Assembly (NCBI GenBank): GCA_965238005.1
Contig: OZ250165.1
Span: forward strand, 3,584,001-3,648,000
Direction: 5' to 3'
Length of the DNA stretch: 64,000 nt
Source: Longimicrobiales bacterium
GTDB taxonomy: Bacteria > Gemmatimonadota > Gemmatimonadetes > Longimicrobiales > Gaopeijiaceae
Shown: piece after piece, positions 1 through 9,796 of the stretch
How the letters are laid out: every line of letters begins with the position of its first letter
Numbering within the stretch: the first letter of the stretch is position 1
Notes under the pieces: generated by a model
Told to the model about the DNA's origin: nothing
The model's database searches: none
Seen by the model: the letters and a program-made list of their open reading frames with translations, nothing else
Made by a program: the position numbers and the translations under genes

Positions 1-169
1 GGCATCCCGGGTGGCTGACGGTGACCCTGAGTTTGCCGTCACCTTCACACCGTGACGATGGGCGACAGCGGTCACGGCCTCCATCTCGTCCACGGTCATG
101 AAGACCGCCGAGATGTCCCCTCCGGGCGTCGGGCGATTCCTCCGGAGATGGCCAGCTTGATCCAGCTAG

Positions 170-186
170 GAGTCTGCGCCGCAGAA
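170..186. repeat. IS terminal inverted repeat (GAGTCTGCGCCGCAGAA)
   Basis: Exact reverse complement of 1754-1770. Confidence 0.95.
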
Positions 187-362
187 GCACAGCTGACTGA
201 GCCGAATGGTCATCGAGCCGTCCGCGGCGAGGCGGATCCGGGTGATTGGGAGGTTGAGGACTTGTGTCTGCGACGGATCGGGAGAGCGGAATGGATGCGT
301 TGGGGGGGCAAGAGAGCTACGAGAGCCCTCGCGCCGGCAGATGCGGGTGAACCCTCGTGCAG

Positions 363-1685
363 TCATGCCGCCTGAAGGGTGTGCAGCCGCTTCACATTGA
401 GTGCCAGGCACACGAGGGTCCACTCGGCCCGGACCTTCTCGAGGCCCCGGAAGCTGAATCGTCGAAAGCCCATCACTTCCTTGATCCAGCCGATGGGCGC
501 CTCGGCCTGCGACTTTCGCCGTGCGTAGCGTCTGCGGCCATCTTCGCTCGCCAGCTTCTCCGCCATGCGGACTTTCGCCGGATATTCCTCCTTGTCAACC
601 GTGGGGGCGGCCTTGCCCTCCCGGGCCAGCGCCACATACCCGTCGATGTCTCGCTCTTCCAGTTCCTCGAGATCCCGCTCGTTGCAATAGCCCGTGTCCG
701 CCAGCACCTGCGCCGGCGTCTCGCCGTACGCTTGCGCCACCGCGTCGACCATGGGCACCAGCTGGCCCTGGTCGCTCGCGTTGTCCGTCACCTCGGCCCC
801 GACCACCAGCTGGTTCTCCCCCTCCACGACCGTCTGTGCGTTGTAGCACTGCTGGAACCCCTCCGAACTCGTCTTCATGATCCGGCTCTCAGGGTCCGTG
901 AAGTTGCTCTGCGCCGCCTCGTCCGGCTCTCCGTACTCCCGCTTGTAGGGCCTGCCGCCCTTCGGGTTGCGCGTCTGCCCCGGCTTGCGGCCCCGTGCGT
1001 CGTCCGCCGCTCTCTGCTCGGCTTCCAGGCGCGCCTTCGCCTCCCGGATCGCCGCCAGCCGGTCCTCGCGCCGCTTGAGCTCCTCCGGCACCTCGTCTCC
1101 GCATGCTTCCTCGCCGTAGCGCTCGTCTTCCGCTTCGTCCACCGCCTCGGCCCTCTCCAACAGCCCCCGGATCTCCGCCTCCAGCCGAGGCTCCCCGGTC
1201 ACCATCCGGCCGTAGCTCATCGCCTTGCGCTTGTTCGCGTTCGCCCGAACCTTCGTCCCGTCCACCGACACCCTGCCAAGCCCCGCCAGCCCCAAGGCCC
1301 GCGCGAGCATCACCACCTCCACAAACACCGCCCGGAAATCCCCGAGATGGCGCTTGCGGAACTCGCACAGCGTCCGGTGCTTCGGGAAGTTCTCCGCCGC
1401 CAGCATCCGAAACGCGACATCCTCCTCCAGCTTCCTCGCCATCTTCCGCGACGAGAAGGTGCCCGTCGCATACGCGTAGATCAGCACCTTGACCATCATC
1501 CGAGGGTCGTACGGCGAGTTGCGCCGCCCGTCCCCCCGGTACCGCCCGTAGAACGCGCTCAGCTCCACCGCGTCCACCAGGTCGCTCACATGGTGCGCCA
1601 AATGACCCTCCGACACCCACTCCCGAAGATCCGGAGGCAGCAACAACATCTGCTCCGGATCGTACGGTCGAAATGTCGTTCCCAT
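363..1685 (-). CDS. IS1182-family DDE transposase
   Basis: N-terminal DUF772-like block (YDPRMMVKVLIYAY..SSRK), VDGTKV, TDPESR, LADTGY, and the C-terminal E-x-x-x-G-x-IK..GFRRF motif; 440 aa. Confidence 0.92.
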   Translation of the reverse strand: MGTTFRPYDPEQMLLLPPDLREWVSEGHLAHHVSDLVDAVELSAFYGRYRGDGRRNSPYDPRMMVKVLIYAYATGTFSSRKMARKLEEDVAFRMLAAENFPKHRTLCEFRKRHLGDFRAVFVEVVMLARALGLAGLGRVSVDGTKVRANANKRKAMSYGRMVTGEPRLEAEIRGLLERAEAVDEAEDERYGEEACGDEVPEELKRREDRLAAIREAKARLEAEQRAADDARGRKPGQTRNPKGGRPYKREYGEPDEAAQSNFTDPESRIMKTSSEGFQQCYNAQTVVEGENQLVVGAEVTDNASDQGQLVPMVDAVAQAYGETPAQVLADTGYCNERDLEELEERDIDGYVALAREGKAAPTVDKEEYPAKVRMAEKLASEDGRRRYARRKSQAEAPIGWIKEVMGFRRFSFRGLEKVRAEWTLVCLALNVKRLHTLQAA

Positions 1686-1753
1686 TCACCCCCCTCGGTG
1701 ATCCGCAAGCCTTCCCAATGCCTTCGCTACCACCAAAGATAGCCGCCGCAGGG

Positions 1754-1770
1754 TTCTGCGGCGCAGACTC
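1754..1770. repeat. IS terminal inverted repeat (TTCTGCGGCGCAGACTC)
   Basis: Exact reverse complement of 170-186. Confidence 0.95.
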
Positions 1771-2046
1771 CTAGCCCCGGCCCGGATCTCGAGACGCACG
1801 GCCTTTCGGAACTCGGCCGGGCCCCTGGTTGGCCACCTCGCTCACGTCGGATCCGTGTCCCCACGCCCTGAAGCCAGCCAGGGAAGGATTTGGACCGGCC
1901 CCGCTCACAGGTGCCAACGGCAACTGAACGGCCCCCAAGGGCACGCCCGCCAAAAGGGCGAGCCCAACCGCTAGACCCATCACGACGTGTGGCTGTCTTC
2001 GCATCAACCCTCCCCCAATGCACGACTCTGCCGAAGGATCGGAGCC

Positions 2047-3897
2047 TCAGCAGGAAAGGCAGTTGTGGTTGTTCTTCGAGCCCAAGCTCTCCAGTAGCTC
2101 CAGCGCCTCGGGGAACGGCTGCACCCGCTGGACCGGTCCGTTGGCCATGTCGGCGGTGGTCTGGCCTGGCCGGCTCACCACCGTCACATCGGCGCCGTGC
2201 TCCACCAGGTACCGGATCATCTCCACGTCGCCCCTGGCCGCGGCGTGATGGAGGGGTGAATAGCCGTTGTGGTCCCGGGCGTTGACGTCGGCGCCCTGCT
2301 CCTCCACCAGGTAGCTCAGCGCCGGCATCCAACCGTCCGGCACGTGGCGATGCGAGTTGCCCGCGAAGCCTTCACCGTAGCCGACACCCGAGGCCGCATG
2401 GATGGGGTGCACGGCTGGCCCCCCCACCTGGACCGGCGGCAGTCCGGACCGATCCTCGCGCTCGCCACCCCTGCGTCGCCGGTTGGGCACCTTCAGGGTC
2501 GTCATGCTGGGATCGGCGCCGTGGGCCACCAGCTGCTTCATGGCCTCCACGTCCAAGGCGTAGGCGGCTCGCCAGAAGGGTGTCGCTCCCTTCGTGTCCA
2601 CGCCCAGGAGATCGAAGGTGTATGACATGTACCACAGGTGCTTCGTCAACCGGATGTTCGGATCCACCCCAGCCTCGAGGAGCGCCTTCACAACCTCCAG
2701 GTGCGTGTGTTTTTGCTGCCGATACGCCTGCTGTTGCGGATATCGGGCCTTGGGCGCCCATTGCGCGTTCAGCGCGGCGTAGAGGGGCGTCGCCCCGGCG
2801 TCACTCGCCAGTGACGGATCCGCCTCACGCTCGAGCAGGCTCATGGCCAGGTCGAAGTGGCCATTGATCATGGCGATGAGCATGGGACTCGTATGGTCCC
2901 CCAAGCTCACCTGATCGATGTCGGCGCCGGCGTCGAGGAGGGCCAGAGCCGCCTCCACGTGGCCTTCGCGCGCAGCGTAGAGGAGCGCCGAGAGGCCACC
3001 GCGGCCACCCACGAGATCCGCATAGGTGAGGGGTTGGGGCTGGGCCTCCTCCAGATCCACCGTCTCCGCTTCCAGCTCAGCAACCGGAGTGCGTTGCTCC
3101 TGGAGGGCGGCACGAACCGCCGCCTGAACCTGGCTGGGCGTCGGTCCGCCCGTCTGCTGATCCGGCCCCTGGGCGGTCCGGAACGCCTCGAGCACCTGGT
3201 TCCGCCGCTGGCCGGCGGCCTGATCGGCCTGCAGCCTCACCGCCATGTCTTCCACCACCGTGGTGATGGCCACGTCGGCCCCCCGATCCAGGAGCACATG
3301 GATCGCCTCCACCCGGTTGTTCGCGACCGCGAACATGAGGGGAGTCTGTCCCAGGGCGGAATCGAGTGCGTTCACGTCCGCTCCGCCGTTTAGAAGAAGC
3401 AAGACAGCGTCCGCACTCCCCGACGCGGCGGCGAAGTGGAGCGCCGTCGCTCCTCCGGTGGTGGTCGTGGCCCCCGGATTCGCTCCCGCCTTCAGGAACG
3501 TCTCCACCACTGGCGCCATCCCGGCCCGGCTCGCCAGGTGGAGAGGCGTGTAGCGGCCGACCCGCGTCACGGCTTCGAGATCGGCTCCGGCGTAGATCAG
3601 CATCTCCGCCATCTCGGCGCCGCCGCCCTCGGCAGCCCAGTGTAAGGCCGTCATGCCGTCCCCCTGGGCGGCGTTCACATCGGCTCCCTGCTTGAGCAAC
3701 GCGCGCACCGCCCCGACGTCGCCCCGTTCCGCGGCGTCCGCTACCGGGGACTCCACTACCGGGGAGTCCTCCTCCCGGGAGTCGAGGGGGGCAACTCGAG
3801 AGTCGGCTATTACCGGCGGAGAGGCTGGGACTGCCACCAGCATGATCGTCGTCAGGCCGAGGGCCCCAAGTGCGTTTACGCGCAGCGTGTCGCTCAT
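2047..3897 (-). CDS. Secreted ankyrin-repeat protein (triad copy 1)
   Basis: Hydrophobic signal peptide, many G-x-TA/PLH-x-AA..GADVN ankyrin repeats, C-terminal NNHNCLSC; ATG overlaps the upstream TGA (TGATG). Confidence 0.92.
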   Translation of the reverse strand: MSDTLRVNALGALGLTTIMLVAVPASPPVIADSRVAPLDSREEDSPVVESPVADAAERGDVGAVRALLKQGADVNAAQGDGMTALHWAAEGGGAEMAEMLIYAGADLEAVTRVGRYTPLHLASRAGMAPVVETFLKAGANPGATTTTGGATALHFAAASGSADAVLLLLNGGADVNALDSALGQTPLMFAVANNRVEAIHVLLDRGADVAITTVVEDMAVRLQADQAAGQRRNQVLEAFRTAQGPDQQTGGPTPSQVQAAVRAALQEQRTPVAELEAETVDLEEAQPQPLTYADLVGGRGGLSALLYAAREGHVEAALALLDAGADIDQVSLGDHTSPMLIAMINGHFDLAMSLLEREADPSLASDAGATPLYAALNAQWAPKARYPQQQAYRQQKHTHLEVVKALLEAGVDPNIRLTKHLWYMSYTFDLLGVDTKGATPFWRAAYALDVEAMKQLVAHGADPSMTTLKVPNRRRRGGEREDRSGLPPVQVGGPAVHPIHAASGVGYGEGFAGNSHRHVPDGWMPALSYLVEEQGADVNARDHNGYSPLHHAAARGDVEMIRYLVEHGADVTVVSRPGQTTADMANGPVQRVQPFPEALELLESLGSKNNHNCLSC

Positions 3898-5291
3898 CAG
3901 ACCGTCAGTGAGAAGTCGCCGGTGCTGTCGCCGAAGCTCTCCATGTCGTCGAGCCCCAGCTTGTGCAACAAGCTCAGCATCACGTTGGCCATAGGCGTCC
4001 CGGCCTCGGCCTTCAGATGCGTGTTGCCCGCCAGTCGGCCGTTGGCTCCACCCACGACGACGAGCGGGCAGCGCTTGTGGTTGTGGACGTTGGGGTCGCC
4101 CATGGGAGACCCGTAGATGAGCACGGTCTTGTCCAGGAGGGAGGCGTCGCCCTCCATGGTGTCCTGCAGCTTCTGCAGAAAGTACGGAAGCATGCCGACG
4201 TGGTATCGGTTGATGAGGGCGAACTCCTCGATGGCCGCCTCGTTCCCGCCGTGGTGGGAGGCCGGGTGGAAGGGCTTGTCGGATCCACTCTCGGGGTAGA
4301 CGCGAGCCGAGGAGTCCCTACCCATCTTTAGTGAGAAGACGCGGGTCATGTCCGATTGGAAGGCCAGGACTTGGAGGTCGAGCATGAGCTTGACGTGCTC
4401 CTCGAAGGAGTCGGGCACACCGGCTGGCGCCTCGGGAAGCTCCCGCAGCTCGCCGCTGGTGTTGTAGGCCTCGACCATCTCCATCCGCCGCTCGATCTCG
4501 CGGATGTCCTGCAGATACCGGTCCAGCCGCTGGCGGTCGGCCGGTCCCAGCTCCCTCTGCAGCTGTGCGACCCTGCCCGTGATCCAGTCGAGGATACTCC
4601 GGTTGGCCTGCCGCCGGGCCGCCCGCTCCTTGGCGGTGCCCCCGGCCCCGAAGAGCTGCTCGAAGGCGACGCGGGGATCGCGGATCACCGGGAGAGGCTC
4701 CGTGGGCGACGCCCAGCTGATGGAGTCGGTGTACACGCACGTGTAGCCGTACGCGCATCCCCCGGACTGGTTGATGTTCTCGATACAGAGCTGCATCGAC
4801 GGGATGGGCGTGTCCTGGCCGAACCGGTGTGCGTATAGCTGATCCAGCGACGTTCCCACGAAGACGTCCGAGCCTTCCGTCTGCTTGGGATGGGCCTGGG
4901 TGAGGAAGGTCGCGCTGGAGCGGAAGTGGTCGCCTCCGATCTCCGCTGCCTTGGTGGCCTCGGCCCCCCTCACGTCAGTGTTGCTGACGATGGTCAGATG
5001 GTTCCTGAAGCGCTCCAGGGAGCTCAAGCTCGTGGGACTCAGATCGAAGTCCCGACCCACCGCCGCCGGCGACCACAGGTTCTTGGAGGCGCCGTACTCA
5101 CTCGCACCCGCCGCACCATGCACCATTTCGATGGCCACCAAACGTGTGGCGTCGGTCACTGCGGATCCGCCCGCCTGGGCCCAGAGCCTCCCGGCCGGGA
5201 CCATGGCATCGAGGAAGGGCAACGCCACCGTCGCGCCCAAGCCCCTCAGGACCTCGCGCCGCGATATGTGCTTGCCTGTGATGAACTCCAT
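3897..5291 (-). CDS. DUF1552-family protein with twin-arginine-like N-terminus (triad copy 1)
   Basis: ISRREVLRGLGATVALPFLDAM start, SLDQ, GCAYGYTC, SISW..PLP..DPR..FEQLFG, HPASHHG and NVHNHKRCP motifs; GGAGG RBS upstream. Confidence 0.88.
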   Translation of the reverse strand: MEFITGKHISRREVLRGLGATVALPFLDAMVPAGRLWAQAGGSAVTDATRLVAIEMVHGAAGASEYGASKNLWSPAAVGRDFDLSPTSLSSLERFRNHLTIVSNTDVRGAEATKAAEIGGDHFRSSATFLTQAHPKQTEGSDVFVGTSLDQLYAHRFGQDTPIPSMQLCIENINQSGGCAYGYTCVYTDSISWASPTEPLPVIRDPRVAFEQLFGAGGTAKERAARRQANRSILDWITGRVAQLQRELGPADRQRLDRYLQDIREIERRMEMVEAYNTSGELRELPEAPAGVPDSFEEHVKLMLDLQVLAFQSDMTRVFSLKMGRDSSARVYPESGSDKPFHPASHHGGNEAAIEEFALINRYHVGMLPYFLQKLQDTMEGDASLLDKTVLIYGSPMGDPNVHNHKRCPLVVVGGANGRLAGNTHLKAEAGTPMANVMLSLLHKLGLDDMESFGDSTGDFSLTV

Positions 5292-6081
5292 CTACTGCCT
5301 CCTCGATGCGATGTATTGCGACTCTACGCTCCGCCGGCCTCTCCGCCCGGCTCATCCGGAACGCCGGGCTCTTCACGACTCCCAGAATGAACGACGACAT
5401 GCGGTAGTCGTTCTCCTCGGCGTCCCTGGCGATGGCCCGGACGGTCGGCTTGTCGTAGTACTCGATCCGACGGCCGAGGGCATAGGCCATGAGGTTCTCC
5501 GTGAACGTCCTGACCAGCGGGATGGGACGCCGAAGCAGGGCCTGCCGCAGGTCCCTGGGACTCGTCACGGGGGTGCCGTCGTACAGCTCACCTCGTGTGT
5601 CCAGCGGCATCCCGTTTTCTCTGATGCGCCACTTGCCGGTCACGTCGAAGTTGTCCAGGGCCAGACCGATGGGGTCCATGAACTTGTGGCAGGAGCTGCA
5701 CACCGGATTCGAGCGGTGCATCTCCATCCGCTCCCTCGTGGTGAGCATCCGGCCGCCCTCGGACCCCTTGGTCTGCTCCAGATCGGGCACGCCGGGCGGG
5801 GGCGGGGGGGGCGGGGTGCCCAGGAGGACCTCCATGACCCATTTCCCCCTCAGCACCGGTGAAGTCCGGCCGGCGTGGGAGGTGAGAGTGAGAACGCTCC
5901 CGTGACCCAGCAAGCCCCTCCGCCGATCGTCGGCCAGCTCGACCCTGCGGAAGTGGGTCCCGGTGATGCCGGGAATGCCGTAGTGCCTGGCCAGGCGCTC
6001 GTTCACGTAGGTGTAGTCGGCGCTGAAGAGGTCGAAGATGCTCCGATCTTCTCGGACGAGGCTGTAGAAGAAGAGCTCCGT
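5044..6081. repeat. Near-identical tract shared with 10943-11980 (offset 5899)
   Basis: Read-by-eye comparison shows about 1.04 kb identical except two substitutions seen (GVV/GIV, AIARD/AIVRD). Confidence 0.85.
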
Positions 6082-7911
6082 CTCCCGCCGCATTGCGTCC
6101 GCGAGCTGCTGGTGGAAGTCGGGATACATCAGCCGATCCGGATGAACCTTGTCCAGGTCCTCCAGCCGAAGCCACTGTGCGGCGAACCTGGTGCCCAGGG
6201 CCTCAGAACGGGGATCGGCCAGCATACGACGCACCTGCTCTTCGAGGCCTCCCTCATCGGACAGCTCACCGCGACCGGCGGCGTCCACCAGCTCCTCGTC
6301 CGGCGGCGCGCCCCAGAGGAAGAACGACAGGCGCGACGCCAGGTCCACGTCGCCTATGCGGTAACTCTCGCCGAGCTCGAAGTCCTCCGGAGGCTCCTCG
6401 AATCGGAACACGAAGTCGGGACTCGCAAGGATCGCCTGGAGGGCCATCCCGATCCCCACCTCGAAACCGCCGTCCTCCGCGCCGACCTGGTAGAAGGACC
6501 TCAGAGCGGCGAGGTCGCGTTCGGTCAGGGGTCGCCGATACGCCTGGGCTCCCAACCTGGAGATGATCTCCTCCTCGCACGCCGGCTCCTCCTCGGGTGA
6601 AGTCGGGCGACAGGTGAAGATCTTCCTCCTACTGGGCGTCTCCGAGACGCCCGTGGGGTTGTGAGGACCCTTCACCACCAGGTCCTTCAGGTGCGCGAGG
6701 GCGGTGATCCCGTAGCCGCCGACCCCGATCTGCCGATCCGCCAACGACCACTCGTGAGGCGACATGAGGTCGTCGACGGGGCCCTCGGACTGTCGGATGA
6801 AAGCTGCGGAGACCCGCTGCGGTCCGGCCCGCACGAAGATCGGCTCCGTCTCCATGATGACGCCGTTGGGGTCCGACACGCTCATCCAGCGATCGACCTC
6901 GAGCAGCGCCATCCGCTCGCCGTTGATGGACACCTCGACCTGCTCGTCCCTCGCGACCCGGCCGTAGAATCCCCCGGTGGTCGTGTGCTCGTACGCCATC
7001 TTGAAGACGTACTCACCGTCGGCCGGGAAGTTGTGGATCACCGAGATACCGCCCCGCGTCCCGCGGGGGGCGCCCTCCACCCGATCCCACTGGGTGGCAT
7101 AGCCCGGGTTCGTGTAGGTCGTGGAGGTCGGGATGGCGTCGGGGTCGCCGATGGCCAGCCGGGTGATGTCGCTCGCCGCCCGGAGGTAGGCGTCCATCAA
7201 CGTAGCCGACAGCATCTGGACATCGGCGATGTTGTCGAAGTTGGCGCTCTTCGTGTCGAGCGGAAGGTAGTCGCCGGCGTCGATGTCGAGGTCCAGAAGG
7301 TCCTGGATCGAGCGGGCGTACTCGGCCCGGTTGAGCCGCTGGAAGGGCCGGCTGCCCGGATTGGGGTCCCGGGCGGCGGCCTCGTCGATGAGGGTCTCCA
7401 GGGTCTCGACCAGCGCCAGGAGCGTGTCGGGGCTCGGTCGTGGCGCACCGGGGAGCGGCATCATGCCCGCCCGGAGCTTCACGATCATCTTCTCCGCCGT
7501 CTCGGCCATCTCGGGGGCCCGCGCCACATCGAATTCCGACAGCGTGAGGTTTCCCGTGAGCATCACGTCGTTGTGGCAAACGACGCAGTACTGCTTGACG
7601 ACGGCGGTGAGCGAGTCGGCCGGTATGCTGGGTGCGCGACCGTCCCATGAGGCGGACGCGGTCACGCCCTCTGGAAGTTCGGGCCCAGGTCCACGAACCG
7701 ACGGATCGGCGTAGGCCGTCAGATATCGCTGGAGGACCGCGGTCATGGAGGCGGACGACGACGCGTCGCCGCCGTGAACCACAGTGGCCTCCCATGTGGT
7801 CGCCAAAGGCGAAGCCGCCTGCACCGCCTGCGACCACGCGGTCCTCGGGAGAGCCGCTAGGCTCACGAGGATAAGCAGGGTTCGCGCCGCCGACGCGCGG
7901 AGTGTGTTCAT
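5098..7911 (-). CDS. DUF1592/1588/1587/1595/1585 (PSD) protein with two c-type heme motifs (triad copy 1)
   Basis: Signal peptide, CVVCH and CSSCH, RLNRAEY, ASRLSFFLW..PDEEL, TSPVLRGKWV, PPPPPP and YALGR. The ORF overlaps the next gene by 194 nt. Confidence 0.88.
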   Translation of the reverse strand: MNTLRASAARTLLILVSLAALPRTAWSQAVQAASPLATTWEATVVHGGDASSSASMTAVLQRYLTAYADPSVRGPGPELPEGVTASASWDGRAPSIPADSLTAVVKQYCVVCHNDVMLTGNLTLSEFDVARAPEMAETAEKMIVKLRAGMMPLPGAPRPSPDTLLALVETLETLIDEAAARDPNPGSRPFQRLNRAEYARSIQDLLDLDIDAGDYLPLDTKSANFDNIADVQMLSATLMDAYLRAASDITRLAIGDPDAIPTSTTYTNPGYATQWDRVEGAPRGTRGGISVIHNFPADGEYVFKMAYEHTTTGGFYGRVARDEQVEVSINGERMALLEVDRWMSVSDPNGVIMETEPIFVRAGPQRVSAAFIRQSEGPVDDLMSPHEWSLADRQIGVGGYGITALAHLKDLVVKGPHNPTGVSETPSRRKIFTCRPTSPEEEPACEEEIISRLGAQAYRRPLTERDLAALRSFYQVGAEDGGFEVGIGMALQAILASPDFVFRFEEPPEDFELGESYRIGDVDLASRLSFFLWGAPPDEELVDAAGRGELSDEGGLEEQVRRMLADPRSEALGTRFAAQWLRLEDLDKVHPDRLMYPDFHQQLADAMRRETELFFYSLVREDRSIFDLFSADYTYVNERLARHYGIPGITGTHFRRVELADDRRRGLLGHGSVLTLTSHAGRTSPVLRGKWVMEVLLGTPPPPPPPGVPDLEQTKGSEGGRMLTTRERMEMHRSNPVCSSCHKFMDPIGLALDNFDVTGKWRIRENGMPLDTRGELYDGTPVTSPRDLRQALLRRPIPLVRTFTENLMAYALGRRIEYYDKPTVRAIARDAEENDYRMSSFILGVVKSPAFRMSRAERPAERRVAIHRIEEAVDGVHHRQAHIAARGPEGLGRDGGVALPRCHGPGREALGPGGRIRSDRRHTFGGHRNGAWCGGCE

Positions 7912-8014
7912 CGGCCCCTTCGTGAGCGGTGAACCGTCAACATAGGCCGTCTACCATAGGCCCTCTCGGCCGGCGCCCGCGAGCCTCCAACTCTCCCGTC
8001 GGACTTCGAAAGCC

Positions 8015-9796
8015 TCAGCATGATACGCAGTTGTGGTTGTTCTTGGCGCCCAGGCTCTCCAGCAGCTTCACCGTCTCGGGGAACGGCTGGATGCGCTGCA
8101 CCGGACCGTTTGCCATGTCGACGGTCGTCTGCCCCCGACGGCTTACAGCCATGACGTCGGCGCCCTGCTCCACCAGGTAGCGGATCAGCTCGTTGTCACC
8201 CCTGGCGGCGGCGTGATGGACGGCGTTGTAGCCGTTGTGGTCCCTGGCGTTCACGTCGGCCCCGTGCTCCTCCACGAGGTACTTCACCGTGGGCAGCCAG
8301 CCATCCAAGACGTGACGGTGGGAGTTGCCGGCAAACCCCTCGCCATACCCCACGCCCGAGGCCGCATGGATCGGCCACGCTCCCGGCCCACCCATCGGAA
8401 CCGGTGGCAGCCCGGAGAGGTCCTCACCCCCGCTCCGACGACCACGCTCGGGTATCTTCGTGGTCGGGACGTTCGGGTCGGCGCCGTACGCCACCAGCAG
8501 GCGCATCGCCTCGACGTCCAGGGCGAAGGCGGCCCGCCAGAACGGCGTCGCCCCGGCCCGGGTCACCCTCAACAGATCGTTGTTGTAGGTCGTGTACCAT
8601 AGCGGCTTCTCGAGCCGCACCTTGGGGTCCACTCCCGCATCGAGGAGGGCCCTCATCACCTCCAGGTAGGTCGCCTGCTGCTGCATGTAGTCCGTCGTCT
8701 GCGGATGCCGCGACTTGGGCGCCCAGTGCATGTTCAGCACGGCGTAGAGGGGCGTCGCCCCAGCGTCACTGGCCAGGCTGGGGTCCGCGCCCCGCTCCAA
8801 CAGGAGCATCACCAGATCGAAGTGACCGTTGATGGCGGCGATGAGCATGGGGCTCGTGTGGTCCGCCGCGCTCACCCGGTTGATATCCGCACCTGCCTCG
8901 ACCAGAGCCAGCGACGCTTCCTTGTGACCCTCCCGAGCCGCCAGGAGGAGGGCCGTGAGGCCGCCGTGGCTGCCCACCAGACCCGCGTACGAGAGGGGAT
9001 CGATCTCCGTCGTCCCCCGCAGCTCCACCTCCTGGGGCAGTTGGCGTCCGCCAGGCGGCTGTTCGCCCGCCTGGGGCGGGTATCCCGGCGCCGCACCGCG
9101 CTCGGGGTGTGGCCCTTGGTTGTCCCGGCCCCGTGGATCCTGCGCGTCCCTGACTGCCGCCAACCTCCGGTTCCGGCGGCTGCGATCGACCCGATCCTCC
9201 TCTTCACGAACCTTGATGTCCACTACCTTCGCCGCAATGGCCGGGTCCGCACCGCCCTCGATGAGCGCGTGAATCGCGTCCACCCGGTTGGACGCCGCTC
9301 CGAACATGAGAGGTGTCTGGCCCCACTGGGACTCCCTGGCGTTCACTTCCGCGCCGTGCTCCAAGAGGACCGCAACCGCCCCGGCGCTCCCCGCCGCCCC
9401 GGCGAAGTGGAGTGCCGTGGCTTCCCCTGTACTGGTTCGGGCACCGGGATCAGAACCGGCTGAGAGCAGAGCTTCCACCACGGATGGGTGCCCTGCTTTG
9501 CTCGCCAGGTGGAGTGGGGCGTAGTCACCGATCCGCGTCACCGCACCGAGGTTGGCGCCGGCGTAGATCAGCATCTCGGCCAACTCCAGGTGGCCGGTCT
9601 CAGCCGCCCAGTGCAGAGCCGTCATGCCGTCGCCCTGGGCCGCGTTCACGTCGGCACCTCGTCGAAGCAGCGTGCGCACCGCCTCCAGGTCGCCTCTCAT
9701 GGCCGCATCGGCCACGGGGGAGTCGGAGACGCTCATCCAGATCAGTGCTGTCAGGCAGAGCGCGCCCACCACGTTCACTCGGAGCGTATATCTCAT
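8015..9796 (-). CDS. Secreted ankyrin-repeat protein (triad copy 2)
   Basis: Paralogue of 2047..3897 with signal peptide, ankyrin repeats and C-terminal NNHNCVSC. Confidence 0.92.
   Translation of the reverse strand: MRYTLRVNVVGALCLTALIWMSVSDSPVADAAMRGDLEAVRTLLRRGADVNAAQGDGMTALHWAAETGHLELAEMLIYAGANLGAVTRIGDYAPLHLASKAGHPSVVEALLSAGSDPGARTSTGEATALHFAGAAGSAGAVAVLLEHGAEVNARESQWGQTPLMFGAASNRVDAIHALIEGGADPAIAAKVVDIKVREEEDRVDRSRRNRRLAAVRDAQDPRGRDNQGPHPERGAAPGYPPQAGEQPPGGRQLPQEVELRGTTEIDPLSYAGLVGSHGGLTALLLAAREGHKEASLALVEAGADINRVSAADHTSPMLIAAINGHFDLVMLLLERGADPSLASDAGATPLYAVLNMHWAPKSRHPQTTDYMQQQATYLEVMRALLDAGVDPKVRLEKPLWYTTYNNDLLRVTRAGATPFWRAAFALDVEAMRLLVAYGADPNVPTTKIPERGRRSGGEDLSGLPPVPMGGPGAWPIHAASGVGYGEGFAGNSHRHVLDGWLPTVKYLVEEHGADVNARDHNGYNAVHHAAARGDNELIRYLVEQGADVMAVSRRGQTTVDMANGPVQRIQPFPETVKLLESLGAKNNHNCVSC

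Larger units (their letters stand above)
170..1770 (-). mobile_element. Complete IS1182-family insertion sequence, 1601 bp, flanked by CTAG direct repeat
   Basis: Perfect 17-bp inverted repeats at 170-186 and 1754-1770, CTAG at 166-169 and 1771-1774, single internal transposase ORF. Confidence 0.93.
1..2007 (-). pseudogene. Metal-dependent amidohydrolase (prolidase-like) pseudogene interrupted by the IS; runs off left edge
   Basis: Removing the IS plus one CTAG joins GPAEFRKAVRLEIRAGA-SWIKLAISGGIA in frame. After a frameshift it continues MTVDEMEAVTAVAHRHGVKVTA. An upstream GHG motif and signal-peptide-like N-terminus (ORF 1771..2007) remain, with an apparent large internal deletion. Confidence 0.7.

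Noticed and set aside
357..1742. 461-aa ORF antisense to the transposase
   Set aside because: Typical high-GC antisense open frame with no recognisable motif.
2047..9796. Ankyrin proteins as eukaryote-targeting symbiosis effectors
   Set aside because: They are translationally coupled to DUF1552/DUF1592 genes and carry Sec-type signals, which better fits a periplasmic complex.
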